Part shown: positions 35,546 through 54,071 of the stretch, piece after piece | How the letters are laid out: each line of letters opens with the position of its first letter | Numbering within the stretch: position 1 is the first letter of the stretch | Source: the human T2T-CHM13v2.0 reference genome, Homo sapiens | DNA: 64,000 nt | Assembly (NCBI RefSeq): GCF_009914755.1 | Contig: NC_060947.1 | Strand: one strand, 5' to 3' | Program-made: the position numbers and the translations under genes | The notes under the pieces: model-generated | Database searches by the model: none | Told to the model about the DNA's origin: nothing | Seen by the model: only the letters and a program-made list of their open reading frames with translations

Positions 35546-35703
35546 GTTGAATGAATGAATAATAAAGTCAGATAGTTGAATGAATGAATAATAAAGTCAG
35601 ATAATAAAGTCAGATAGGCTTGTTTCATTATAGGATGAATAATAAAGTCAGATAGGCTTGTTTCATTATAGGATGAATAATAAAGTCAGATAGGCTTGTT
35701 TCA
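35546..35703. repeat. Nested compound tandem repeat at an L2 tail
   Basis: 29-bp unit x2, a 13-bp duplication and 38-bp unit x2+, all sharing ATAAAGTCAGATA. Confidence 0.88.
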
Positions 35704-36174
35704 AGACCCTACTTATAATGAGATCATGGCCAAGTGACCTTACTTCCTTGAGCCTCAGTTACCTTATCTGTCATATATGGATTGACACTCTGATTACCTA
35801 AGATGTTCTTGGTAGTGAATGACATAATGATTTGAAAATGGCTCTGTTTTTATTTGAGGGCTTCTTACATATTGATTTTATAGACCCTTAGGGCATAGAA
35901 ATTTTCTCTTCAACCTCCCAGAGTATGGGGTCATGTAACCTTTGTCAACAAACTTTCAATTACGAGGACCTCAGTACTTTTTGAATGACTCTCTCCAGTT
36001 TTGGACAGCTGTGACTATACAAACCTTCTCCCTCGTGTCCCACTGTGGCTTTCTCCCACTTGATCCAGCTCTGCCTCTTGGCATTCAGAAGTCTGATTCA
36101 GAAGAAGACATAGACATCTCCCTGAATCTTCTAATAGGTCTAATAGATCAGAAACCTCTTTTCATGATAGCTTG

Positions 36175-36540
<366 letters not shown>

Positions 36541-36691
36541 TAATGTATTTAATTAGTGCTCTGGTGATGGACATTTATGTTGTTTCCCTTGATTATTATA
36601 GTATTGCAGTGAATGTCTTTGTAAATGCCTCTTTGTACACAGTATAGTGTTTACCTAAGGCAGACTGGGAGCAGAGCTGAAAAGATCTATG

Positions 36692-36693
<2 letters not shown>

Positions 36694-36732
<39 letters not shown>
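36694..36732. repeat. (TG)n microsatellite
   Basis: ~19 TG units. Confidence 0.95.
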
Positions 36733-36734
<2 letters not shown>

Positions 36735-39230
36735 TGTGTTTGTTGTTGTGAGTTGGGAGAGAGAAAGTGATGACATAGGAGAATCTGTTCCATTAGTCTT
36801 GTCTCCTAACAGGATAAGTTGAGGCAATGTGAAGGGGAATGTGTGCCCTTAGAGAAACTGAACATAATACAAGTTGATAGGCCTGCAAGGCTGGAAATGA
36901 GCAGATCCCTCTCTTCTCTGGCCTAGCTGAGCAACCTGTCATGAGCTCCAAGGTTATGCCTAGAAGTGTTCTGGACTCCTTCTGCATGGAACAAAAACTG
37001 TGATCCCTTTATGGGAGCAACTACAGCCCAGCCTGGAATGGAAAATTAAAATTAAAAAAAGCAGCTGCTGACAAGACAAAGCAGGATGTGGGAGGGAGGC
37101 CAAATGAGCACTGTGAACCTACTGCAGGCACTGCGGGGCTGAGGGAGACAGAGAGCACGAGGAGGGCAGGAAAGACCAAGGGAGGGCTTTGTGCAGGAGG
37201 TAGGGCCCGGGAAGCCCAGAGACAAGAGCAAGCACACGGTGCTGCTGCGTGCAGTGAGTAGCCCAGCTAGAGGGCACGGCCTGTGCTGAGGAGCCGTGGG
37301 AGGAAGAGAGGGCTGGGAAGGTAAGTGTGTGCATTGGTGTGTGTGTGAGGGTTCACCTGCCAATTCTGAGCACACATGAAGGCTATGTTTCTGAAGATCA
37401 CCATGAAGATCACCAAATGACCATGTGGAGGCTGGCCTGGACAGGCAGCCTGGAGGCAGGGAGACGAGGGAGGAGCCTGTTCCAACAGTTGAGGCCAGAG
37501 TCGGGGAGGGCTGACCTGGGGCACTGGCAGTGGAGATGGGATGGAGTGAAGCTGTGAAGGACACACAGACAGACAGAGAGCAGAGCTTGGTGACTGATGG
37601 CAGGGGTCAGGCAGAGTTAAAGATGATGAAACTGTGCACACAAAAGACGACGCCAACAGCAAAACCACCAACAGATACAGAGCTGCTGGGAAGGGGAGCT
37701 CGAGGGGAGAGGAGGGTGAGCACCCCTCACAGAGCCTCTCATAGAGCCTGGCACCTAACAGGCACCCAGTCACAGATGGATGCGGATGGTTCACAGACGG
37801 GCCATGAGCTCAGCAGGCTGTTTTCTCTCTGGGCACATGCAGACTGGTCACATATGCAGGGTGACTGGTCAGTGGGGGCAGGGCTGGGGGGGCTGATGAC
37901 TTCACTGGGAGATCCTGTCTATGGAGCCAATTTCATATTCCAAGAGGATAGTGACTTAAATTAAATTGATATTGGCTGGCTGGGGAAAGTGCTTGAAAAG
38001 CTTCCAGCTCTATCAGGTGAAAAACCAGAGAGAAACTTTGTCCTCTCATGGTGGTCCATTAGTGTGATTAATAATAAATATTCCCAGACACTTGATACTG
38101 GCAAAACGCCTTATCAGCCCTGCTTATGATTACTCACCTGCTATCTCGAACCATTAGTCTGACCACCAAGGTGCGGGGGTGATGCGAATCTTAAAATACA
38201 CCCCCTTCCTCGAGTATGTCTGGTCATAGCTCAGGACTGAGAAAGTCACAGATTCAGGCTGATGGGATGAAGGTGGACTTTGGTCTGACACTACCTGGGC
38301 CCAGATCCCTGTGCCACCATCAACAAATCAACAAACATGTGACTTTTGGACAAGTCACATCACTTCTCAGATCCTCAATGTCCTCATTTCTACCAATGTA
38401 ACTGTCATTTCTTGTGAGGGTTACATTGAGGTTAGATATTGAAATGGCCTCCCTAATGCTCAGCACATAGTAGGTGCCTTGTTTAATATTATCTTCTCTC
38501 CTTTTACCCAGATGCTAGCTTTTTTTCCTAAGAAGTAGCTACAAGACTGAGGATGGTTAAAAGCATGATTTTCCTACTACTGCAGTTTGTACTCTCAGCC
38601 ACATTATGCTGTGAGAGGGTCTTTTTCCTTAGGGGAGACAACAGTATCTAAAGAATAAGCTAAAGAATAGTTTATTCTCTTTTTTGTGTAAGGGGCACAA
38701 GTAGTCAAGTGTTTGCACTACTGACCCAGGGGAAGAAAAAGAGAGAGAGAGAAGGCCTCAGAGTGTGGGGCCCCAAGCTGATATTTTTTCTCATCTGTCT
38801 CTGACACATTTCTCTTCTATGAATGAAGCTAGAACAGCAATCTCAGGGGCTTAGTTAATTCTTCCTGCAAGAAAAACCCAAGAGCAAATGTGCTGAGTGA
38901 AACAGAAGGACTTTCCAACAATGATGAAAATGAAAAGCAGCCCTCAGAAAGTTTTGAGTGATGGGGAACTTTCAATTGCTACCCTTCAGTGAATTGTTGG
39001 GGTCAGGGGGATTCTTTTTGCAAAGTATCCCTTGCTGTTCTCCAACCAGTTTGTCCCTGGTATTGCCTCCTCTGCACTGCACTGCATCCCCTGAAGGAGG
39101 AATGCCACTTGAAATGCAGAAGCTTCTTTATTGCCGTGAACTTAGATCTAGGATGGGAACAATATATTTGCAGATGATTAAAAGTCCAATTTCATTTCTC
39201 TCTTGAGCTTGGACATAGACTTTCATATAA

Positions 39231-39880
<650 letters not shown>

Positions 39881-40698
39881 ATCACATAAATCAGCTTCAT
39901 GCAGTTCTTGCTTGCTGTTCCCTTGACTTTGATGCCCAGACTTGCTGCAGCTCCAGAACATTCCCAGCCCCCAAGGAATCCTGAGCCTTTCAAACTGGAC
40001 CCCAAGTCTGTCCCTAAAGCCCTGACCAAATATTCCTTTGCATCTCCTGCCCACTGACTCAGATGCCCCCGGCTTCCTTGGACTCCAGCTCCAGAATGTC
40101 CCTGTACCACCTCTGCTCATATTGGCCCTCATTAGCTGTACTGCTTGAAAAAGACTTGCCTGTCTCCCTTAGAACTTTCTGAATTTAGCTTGTCTAAAAA
40201 CCCAAATCTCTTCATACCCCTTATGTTCCTCTCACAGAGTAACCAACCTATATGTGGATGTATGGCTCCTATTTCTATGTCTTCTCTCTAGAAACACTGA
40301 CATAAACCTCATCAGATCTAAACCTACTCATGGGTATTACTGTGGCCCCAGGATGATTGATCTAACTCTCAGTTCAAATAGGATCACAGTAGGGGGTAAG
40401 GTGGGGGGACTATCAGAAGTTTGGGCAATATAGGCATGAAATGGTTTACAAGGAGGTAGGAAACAAAGCTGTTTCACTGCCGTCTTAAAGAACAAGATAG
40501 CACCTCGGCTGCCTCTGCTCTGCTCTGGAGACAGGGGCGTAACTGAGATGAGTCCCTGCTAGCCAAAGGGTTTCATGTCTAGCCCCTAAACAATGTCTAG
40601 CTATTGACCATAATCACCATAACAAGCTTCTGTTTGGTGAAGTGGGGAGGAAGGCACTACTTCTCTGGCTCTAGCCCTCAAAATTTATTGCTTTATTT

Positions 40699-44887
<4,189 letters not shown>

Positions 44888-45142
44888 AAAATTTCTTGCT
44901 TGTACTATTGCCAGAGCTTCTTAACTGAGCTCTTTGTCTTCTGTACATTAGCTATCTGGCCTTGGGTAAGTCTTTTCCTCTTTCTGATCCCCAGTTCTCC
45001 TGACCTGGAGTGAGACTGGACTAACTAGTCTCTGATAGTTTATGCTCTCTCTCTATTTCCCATCCTCTCCTCCCCAGAGGTCCAACCTCATCTTTCTCCC
45101 TCAGCCCCTTTCCCCCTATTTCTTAGCTCCCCGAGCCTCTGA

Positions 45143-45490
<348 letters not shown>

Positions 45491-46439
45491 TAGTAGTGTC
45501 TTCAGCTACTTGACACTCTCTACCCAACTCTCCCCTGTGTATGTGTGTTGTGGGGAGTGGTTGGCATGGGAGGTGGGGAATGACACAAGGGAGTTTCCAC
45601 TTTCCAGAAAGTTGGAGTCGCCAAGTAAATTCTTTGTCTTTAGGCATTTAGCTTCATGCCAGGTCCCTGTAGGTTCTAGGTGAACATGAGTGAAGAAATC
45701 AGTTGAGTTCCTTGAACATCTGGTGGAAAAGGGCCAATGGCAGTATTAAGGCGTGTGATGAGCTGTCATTGCTACTCCTGCTGCTGAGGCTTTCTGGTGA
45801 GTGCTGCTCTTCCTTGGGGACAACTGCTCATGGAGACTGTTTGGGCTTTCCGATGAGTGCTGCTCTTTGAACAAATGCTTAGCTCAAGGAAATGATCTTG
45901 GCAGGGAACTTTGTTTACCCTAGCACACATCAATGAATCTTGTTAGCAGTGAGAGAAACCGAGGCACACTGAATCGTGGACACTGTTGGTCTGGGAAGGC
46001 AAAGGAAGAGGATGGAATCAGACTACTGGTTCCTGAGTGCAAATGCAAGACCAGCCCATATGCAATCCTGTTAGGCTCATCTATTGTCCTAGGGAGTATA
46101 CTTCCTTTCTCATCCCTTTATAATGTCAGAGTGGGAAAGGACCTTGGAAGCCCCGGAGTCCAGTCCTTTCTTGCTACAGAAATGGAAACTCAAGCCCAGA
46201 GAGGGGGAGGGAATTACCCAAGGCCACATAGTGGTCATAGGATGAGTTAATGGCAGAGCTATACGTAGAAGCCAGGTGTCCTGACCTCTCAAGTATCCTT
46301 TCCATTGTCTCAAACTGGCTTACCATCTGTGGTGCCTTACCTCACAAAGGATACTCAGACCATGCCTTCACATGGTTGCCAGTGGAGAGGAGGAAAAAAG
46401 GACTATGGCCAGCCACTTTCAAACTAAAACTCGGACTTA

Positions 46440-47190
46440 TTTTATTTTACTTTTTTTGGAGACGGAGTCTTGTGCTATTGCCCAGGCTGGAGTGCAGTGG
46501 CCCAATCTGGGCTCAGTGCAGCCTCCGCCTCCCGGAAGCGATTCTCCTGCCTCATCCTCCCGAGTGCCTGGAACTACGTGCCATCACACCCGGCTAATTT
46601 TTTTGTTTTTTTTTTTCGCATTTTTAATAGAGATGAGGTTTCGCCATGTTGAGCAGGCTGGTCTCAAACTCTTGACCTCAAGTGATCTGCAGGTCTTGGC
46701 CTCCCAAAGTGGTAGGATTACAGGTGTAAGCCACTGCACATGGTCTCACTTACTATTATTATTATTATTTTTGAGACAGAGTTTCACTCTGTTGCCCTGG
46801 CTGGAGTGCACTGGCTCAGTCTTGACTCACTGTAACCTCCGCCTCCCGGGTTCAAGCGATTCTCCCTCCTCAGCCTCCCGAGTAGCTCGGATTACAGGCA
46901 CGTGCCCGGCTAATTTTTGTAATTTTAGTAGAGACGGGGTTTCACCATGTTGGCCAGGCTGGTCTTGAACTCCTGACCTCAGGTGATCAGCCCGCCTCAG
47001 CCTCCCAAAGTGCTGGGATTACAGGAGTGAGCCACTATGCCCGGCTCTCACTTATTTTTTTTGTATAGATATGGGAGGGGGTCTTGATATGCTCCCCAGG
47101 CTGGTCTCGAATTCCTGGGCTCAAGCAATCCTCCTGCATCAGCCTCTCAAAGTGTTAAGATTACAGTCATGAGCCACCGCACTCAGCCTA
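46440..47190 (-). mobile_element. Antisense Alu cluster (two Alus plus a left monomer)
   Basis: 46440-46745, 46752-47045, 47055-47190; outer duplication CTAAAACTC(G/A)GACTT, inner TCTCACTTA. Confidence 0.9.
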
Positions 47191-48085
47191 AAACTCAGAC
47201 TTGACCAGACGACTTCAACAGTCTAGAACACTGCCATCCTGGGATTCTGTGACCTTGACAAGAAGGAGAAAGGGAGCTGGCAGACAAACCCCAAGGGTGT
47301 GGACTAGGGAGGTCACATCTAACCTGAGGGAATTATAGCCAGCCCCATCAGGACATCAGAAAGTGAATGTACTGGGAGAGGGGCTAAAGGATCAGGTCAC
47401 TGATTTGAGGAAGGTGAAGACTGGGATTTAGATGAAGGAAAGATAAATGAGGACTGAGCAAGGATGGGTAGGAAATATGATGGGGAGAGTCCTACGGAAG
47501 AGAATGGATGAAGTGTTTTAAGAGGTGAGGCAGTTTAGCCAAAAGAAGAGAAGTTTCCTGTGGACCTGAGATCTTCAGGCCTTTGAGGAGCTGTTAGGGA
47601 CAACAGGGGATCTGTGTGGCCTCAGGGAGCAGAACTGAGATCCATGGATGGAAGCCATAGAGAAAAGGAGTTCAGACACGGCAAGAACTTTCTAAGAGCC
47701 AGAGCTGTCTAGAGAAGGAAAAGATAGGTAGTGAGCTCCCCATCAGTGGAAAGTTGCAGTCAGGGGCTGAGTAAGCATCTGTCAGGGCCCAGGGTCTGGG
47801 CCCTGAGTGGGGGTGGGGCTGGAAGGCCAGGACGTGGAAGGCTAGGGGCTGTGACCAGGGTGGGAGAGGAGCCGGGTGGGTCTGGGTGGGGAGTGGTAGC
47901 TACCCTAGGTCCGCCCGGGCCCAGCCGGGCCCCCCACGTGGCCGCTGTGGCCTGGCTGCGCCGGGCCTGGCCAGGCGGGGCTGGGCGGGGCAAGGCCAGC
48001 GGTCGGCGGGGAGGCGGGCGCGAGGGCGGGGAGCGGCGCGGAAGCCGGGCCACATAAAGGAGCGGGCGGCGCGACAGGGGCGGCT

Positions 48086-48281
48086 CTTTCCTGGGTGGGG
48101 TTTGTGAAGTCGTGGCCCGTTAGCAGGAAGCCTAACAGTCGCCCCGACGCTAGTGAGGGACCCAATCTGAGTCCCCGGCCAGCCGAATCCAAGCCGTGTG
48201 TACTGCGTGCTCAGCACTGCCCGACAGTCCTAGCTAAACTTCGCCAACTCCGCTGCCTTTGCCGCCACCATGCCCAAAACG
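48086..48281 (+). other. MSN: MSN exon 1 (5'UTR plus first 4 codons); TSS approximate
   Basis: No upstream ATG; Kozak GCCGCCACCATG; donor ACG|GTGAGT at 48281/48282; leader matches my recollection of the human MSN 5'UTR. Confidence 0.9.
48270..48281 (+). CDS. MSN: Moesin coding exon 1 (MPKT; phase-0 intron follows)
   Basis: ATG CCC AAA ACG. Moesin begins MPKTISVRV, whereas ezrin and radixin begin MPKP; exon 2 not found in the window. Confidence 0.92.
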
Positions 48282-50820
48282 GTGAGTGCCGGAGGTGGGC
48301 GCTGTCGACCCCAATGGCTCTGGCTGAGCCTCATAGCCCTTTGCTGATGGCTGAGGGCTTGGCCAGCCACCGGCCCGCCTGGGACGCCGCGCCCTCCGCC
48401 ATAGCCAAGGGTAGGGAGGGGACCGGAGTGGGATCCTGGTCTGGTGCGCCCTCAGGGGTTGAGGGGGTGTCCAGGCTGGAAGTTTGGACGGGGCGAGGCC
48501 TGCCTCTTTCTCAGGTTCCAGTTCCCTGTGTCTGAGATGCAACAGTCAGGACGGCTTCGTTGGGGCCTGGGGTTTCCCCTTTTCCCTGATGGGCCATGGG
48601 CACAGAGGAGAGGATTCTGGTCCAGAAGACAACACTTTCCCCAACCCAGGAATTGGCACCTTTCTGGGGCAAGGCTGCCAATGTCCAAGAGGGGACATGG
48701 GAACAGAGAAGCAGGGAGAAAGGAGGGAGCCGCTCGGGGCGGATCCGGCACCCCCACTCATCTTTCCCACAGCCTCACCGGGTGGCTCCAGCTGTTTTCC
48801 ACTAGGAGGTGAGGAGAGAGATGTGAGGAAATCGTCATCGAGGCTGCACCCGAGAGCACCAACACTTATTTAGGCACCAGTCTGAGGAGAGGCCTACCCC
48901 ATCTCCTGGGAGAGAGGACCGGTTTCTCCCTCCTCTCCACCTCCAAATCCCTGCCCCTCCTATTGCTTAATGCCTCTCTATCTCCTCCTATCCCCTCCGG
49001 ACTATTTTGTGTGGTGTGGGTTTTCTCGTGGGGCCACACCTTTCTAGAGTGGTGGTTGATTTGGGGATGCGTCTCCACCCCACTGGCTGTTACGAGAGGA
49101 ACAGAAGCCTCCTGGGAGTGGGGATAGGGGGGCCGGATGCCCAGGAGGGAGAGGGGAGGAGGGGTGTGCCTGACTAATGAGCTCTGCTTGCTTTTGTGCA
49201 AGTCATGCCAAATGGCTGCTGAGGCCCTTCCCTTGCTCAGAAAGGCCTGGTGACCACCCTGGCTTGAGTCCCTTAGGCCAAACAGCTTGTTGAGCTGGCC
49301 TAGGCAATGCAGTGCTCCCAAACATGTCTCCCCAGGACTGCTTGAGCCTTGTAGAGGTGAGATAGTGACTAGTAGCCTTGAAAAGGGCTGAAGGTCCCCT
49401 GGGATGAGAGGAGGAGAGTTGGGGGCCCAGCCTTTTGGGTTTGTGATGAGCTTTGGTTGCCACGTTACTGTATACCAGCCTCACTGCCAAGTCGTTCTTG
49501 CCTTTCCAGAACCTTGTCCTTCAGAAACACCAAGTTTTCAAAAAGTATGTGCTTTCACTGTCTATCTCCTTTAAATTGCTTGTGGTTTTAGGACATGAGG
49601 CTTTTACACACTTTGTTCCCTAGTCCCCGCCCCCAAAGAGAGAGAGTAATGGTTTTGGAGAGAGGGGAAAATATCCCATTGTCTGCCAAAACAAGATTAT
49701 AAAGATCCTGTCAGGAGCGGCTCTTTGGGTCTCTCTCTGTGGTTGACTCCTGACTCCTCTTAAGGTGCGGCTTTGCCTGAACAGTTGGGTGGATCTCTGG
49801 GAATAGACATTGCTCCACGGTCTTTCTTCTGTAGTGGCATATCTCATCCTCAGTTCTGAGATAGCCCACTTTGAAACACAGCTTCATGGGCCTGGAAGTT
49901 GCTTCAAACTTGCATTAACCGTCTCATCTGAGTCAAAGTGGCAAAGAAGACAAGACAGCGTGTTTATTGTTTTCCTGGGAATGGAGAGAGAATGGAGTAT
50001 AAGCTGTTTGTAGTCAGGCCTGGAGTAATGAGGGTACCTAAATACTGAAGGCATTTTTATGCAGATTGACTGAAACCTGAATCAAATTGGAAGGAGAGGG
50101 CTGAATTTTGATAGACTGGAAGTATTAGAGAATTTTCTATACTTTGACTCAAGGAATGGTCAACTTTTAGGAAAAGCAACTATATTATGTCTGTTAAGAT
50201 CATAGAATCTTAACCTGAAAGGGACCTTGGAGACTATTTAGTACAACTCTCTTAAAAAAAAAAACTAAAACTAAAACAAAAATCTAATGAGGCTATTGAG
50301 ACCTACAGGGAAAGACCTACCTAAGGGCACATGGTGACTGAGCCAAGATTGGGGTCCAGGCTTTCTGATGCTCATCTCATTGACCCTTTATTCTGACCCA
50401 ATGATTGAGTTCTTGACATTTGAGTTCCCTTTCTTGCTCCAAACAAATTGCCCACTGTTCTCAGACCTTTATGGTCCTCAGATAAAAGGAAATGAGTAAT
50501 TTGAGCAAAGTGGCCAAGGTTGACATTTGTGTGGTCTCCTGGTAAGGTTCGGTAGTGTCACCAGGTGCCTTCTGTTACTTTTCTTATTCCTCATACCAAG
50601 GCCAAGGTGTTCAGGGGCACACCCTAGTTCACTGAATACCAACCAGTAATTTTAATTAAAAGGGGAAAAAATTTCCCTTTCTCTGCTCCATTTTCATTTA
50701 TGTGCTTTAGGCTATTTCTAGCGTGTGACAGATGGAGAAAGGTAGTGGAAAATCAAACTCGTTCATTCATATTGCAGCATGTCTACAACCTATCTAGGGT
50801 CGGTTTCACTTTTATAGCTA

Positions 50821-51284
<464 letters not shown>

Positions 51285-51323
51285 TTATTAATTGCCATCT
51301 ACATTTTTTGGTGATGATGACAG

Positions 51324-51324
<1 letters not shown>

Positions 51325-51367
<43 letters not shown>
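51325..51367. repeat. (TA)n microsatellite
   Basis: ~21 TA units. Confidence 0.95.
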
Positions 51368-51370
<3 letters not shown>

Positions 51371-53842
51371 AAAAGGCCTTTCCCCCTCCCTACCTTCTTT
51401 AATTTTTTTCTTTTAGGATCACAAAGGCTTTGAGGCTTTCTTGGATTTCCTAAAAAAAGAGTGTTTTGAATTTTCGAGATGTTCTTGAGTTTCTGGTTTC
51501 CTTCCTTGGGATTTATTAGATGTTAGTATTGAAAAGGCTCTCCACAACTATAAAGTCCAATTCCTCTCATTGTATAGATGATGAAACTGAAACTCATGTT
51601 AGGGGGAGACTAACCTAGAGTGATGCAGTATGCCAGTTGCAAAACTAGGACTTGAATCTAGGTCTTAGTTAGAGGGTCAGTCTTGGTGAAACACCTCTTT
51701 GATCTGCTGGGGTTTTAGCCATAGATCAACAGATCAGGGGAAAGGCAATCGAGTGGTCATTTGATGGGACCATCAATGTGAGCAGACATAGAGCCTAGAT
51801 CCTTGAAGTATTTGAAGGTGTTTGGGTCGGCATTCAGCTAAACTTTAACAGGGACTATGTGGACTGTTTATTCTCCTGCCATTCCTAGCATTACTTGAGC
51901 CACTCGAGTGGCACTAAAGTGGTACTTGGTAAATAGGAGCCAGATTCTTAGTCTTTTAACCCTTGAACCAGCCCTGCCTACAGACTTAAGTGGGGGGAAA
52001 AGGATCAGGAAGAGAGGTCATATGAGAGAGGATCCTGCATCTCTCCACTTGGGTTCTTCAGTTCACTTGGCCCTTTGTGAAAGTGTAGATGATAGAGACA
52101 GAGCAGGAACCATCTTGGGAATTTCCTTTACGCTTTTCTTTTAACAGCCCTCTGGGTAGGGAGGGGGCTGGTGGGGCAGGAAGGCCTTTGTGGGACCCAC
52201 ACCAACTAATCTATGCTCTCTCGTGTTAGGCTTGGAGAGGGAAAGGTTGCTCTGTGAGTCAGTGATAGAAGTAGTATTGATCACTAATCTTCTAACTTTC
52301 CATTCTCTAGCTGCCTGCAACAGTAGCTTGTTTTAGGGTGTTGTTCTTACTTTTCTCTTACCTCCTCCTCCCATGAAACTACTTTACCGAATGATGGAGC
52401 TGGAAAGGACATTTGGAAGTCATCTAGTCTATTTCCCCTGCCTCCAAATCTAATTCTCTCTGGATGAGATAATATGACAGCTACAATTATTCTGAACTCT
52501 GTTCTAGTGTTGCATGGCAACAGCCTGTCTTAGGTCCCTTTGTATCTTTCTGGGAGTTTCCCCCACTGGAATTTCTAGACTCAGGGTCCCCAGAGGGGAG
52601 AATATCTGGCTACCAACACTACCAGAGTTAGGCCTTTCATAACCATAGCTGCTGGAAATTTGGCATTGTTACAGATTGCTAATAGTCTGTCTCTAATCTT
52701 TCAAAGATAGAATTGAATTTATCATGTGCCTCTTTCCTAACTCAGAATCTTCTTTCCCTGCCACCTGCTCTATTACTTTGCTTGCAAAAAGGAAAAAACA
52801 GGGTACAGATGTGGTCTCCTTTGGGATAGTCTGTTGGTTCAAGTGAAGGGGGTGGTCTTTTCATGACTGACTGGCTTTGCTGTCCATCCCTCCTTCCATT
52901 TCATGCTTGAGAGAGCTGAAAAACTTTTCAATTCCAGGTTCTAATCTGTGGTATAGAAGTTGTCACTTTGGAGGATTAGCTCAGGATTCCATGAATTTGG
53001 AAGGTGGGTGCTGGGAAATGGAAAGCATCACTGAACTGAGAATTTTTCTTCTCTTTCCATATAAGAAGAACTTCTCTCCTGTCCTCAGTAAAGTGAGCCA
53101 AATGAAGTGGGACTTTAGGCAAGTCCTTTCTTCAGGCCCTCTGTCTCTCCAGCTTGTCATGAGGGAGCTGTACCAGTGATGGGTAAACTCTAGGAATCCC
53201 TCCAGTACTGATGTTTTTGAGAATCTTGATGGTATAAGAGCATTGAGTCTCTTATATGTATGTTCATTCCTTCAGACATTCTTTCTTCAACATTTGGGTA
53301 CCTTCTATGTGCCAGGCAGTATTGGAAATACAAAATTGAACAGCGCTTATTAAAATGTATCCTCTTGTCCCATTATACTTCTTGAGTGCTGTTTCTTCTT
53401 AAGTGCTGAGTTCAGAATGGACTGTTTCTCACATGGGAGTTGGTTTGTTTCATTAGTAGATCCAAGAAGAATACTGGCTTGAGTACTCTTGGCCATTTCT
53501 TCCCGAGTCATGGGAGAGAAAGGGCTGTGTCTTTCCTTACTGTGGAAAGAAATAAACCAAGTGAGAGTATATTATGAAGACTGTGGGTTGACTGAAAAGC
53601 TTTGGACAAACACTAAAAGCCTCATAGATTTTCCTGCCATTCTTCCCACATTTTTCAGTGACCGCCTGCCTGATAGTAGAATAGTCCTTTTTATTTCTGC
53701 TGAAAGGAAGGCCCGGAAGCTACTAGATTATGTTTCAGATTTTCTTCTAACATGGTGAGTGTGGTAGTTAGATATATTGGTAGATATTGAGGCCTTCCTA
53801 AGGGCTCCTAAACAAACCTCATAAAGTATCTACCACCAGTGA

Positions 53843-54071
<229 letters not shown>

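Larger units (their letters stand above)
47860..48500 (+). promoter_or_regulatory. MSN: CpG island / MSN promoter
   Basis: Abrupt CpG- and GC-rich stretch; several GC boxes (GGGCGG) at 47975-48083; ETS-like GCGGAAG at 48038; TATA-like CATAAA at 48053-48058; pyrimidine initiator CTCTTTCC at 48084-48091. Confidence 0.9.

Noticed and set aside
37052-37964. 144-175 aa ORFs as a hidden gene
   Set aside because: Low-complexity composition, mutually overlapping frames, no recognisable homology; kept only as a possible regulatory region
48270-48281. EZR/RDX or a processed MSN pseudogene as alternative identity
   Set aside because: Fourth codon is Thr (MSN) not Pro, and the donor, intron and CpG island exclude a retrocopy
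47731-48873. Overlapping ORFs on both strands in the CpG island, including 48095..48535 as a uORF
   Set aside because: Stop-codon scarcity in GC-rich DNA, mostly non-ATG starts; the true CDS is the 4-codon MPKT exon
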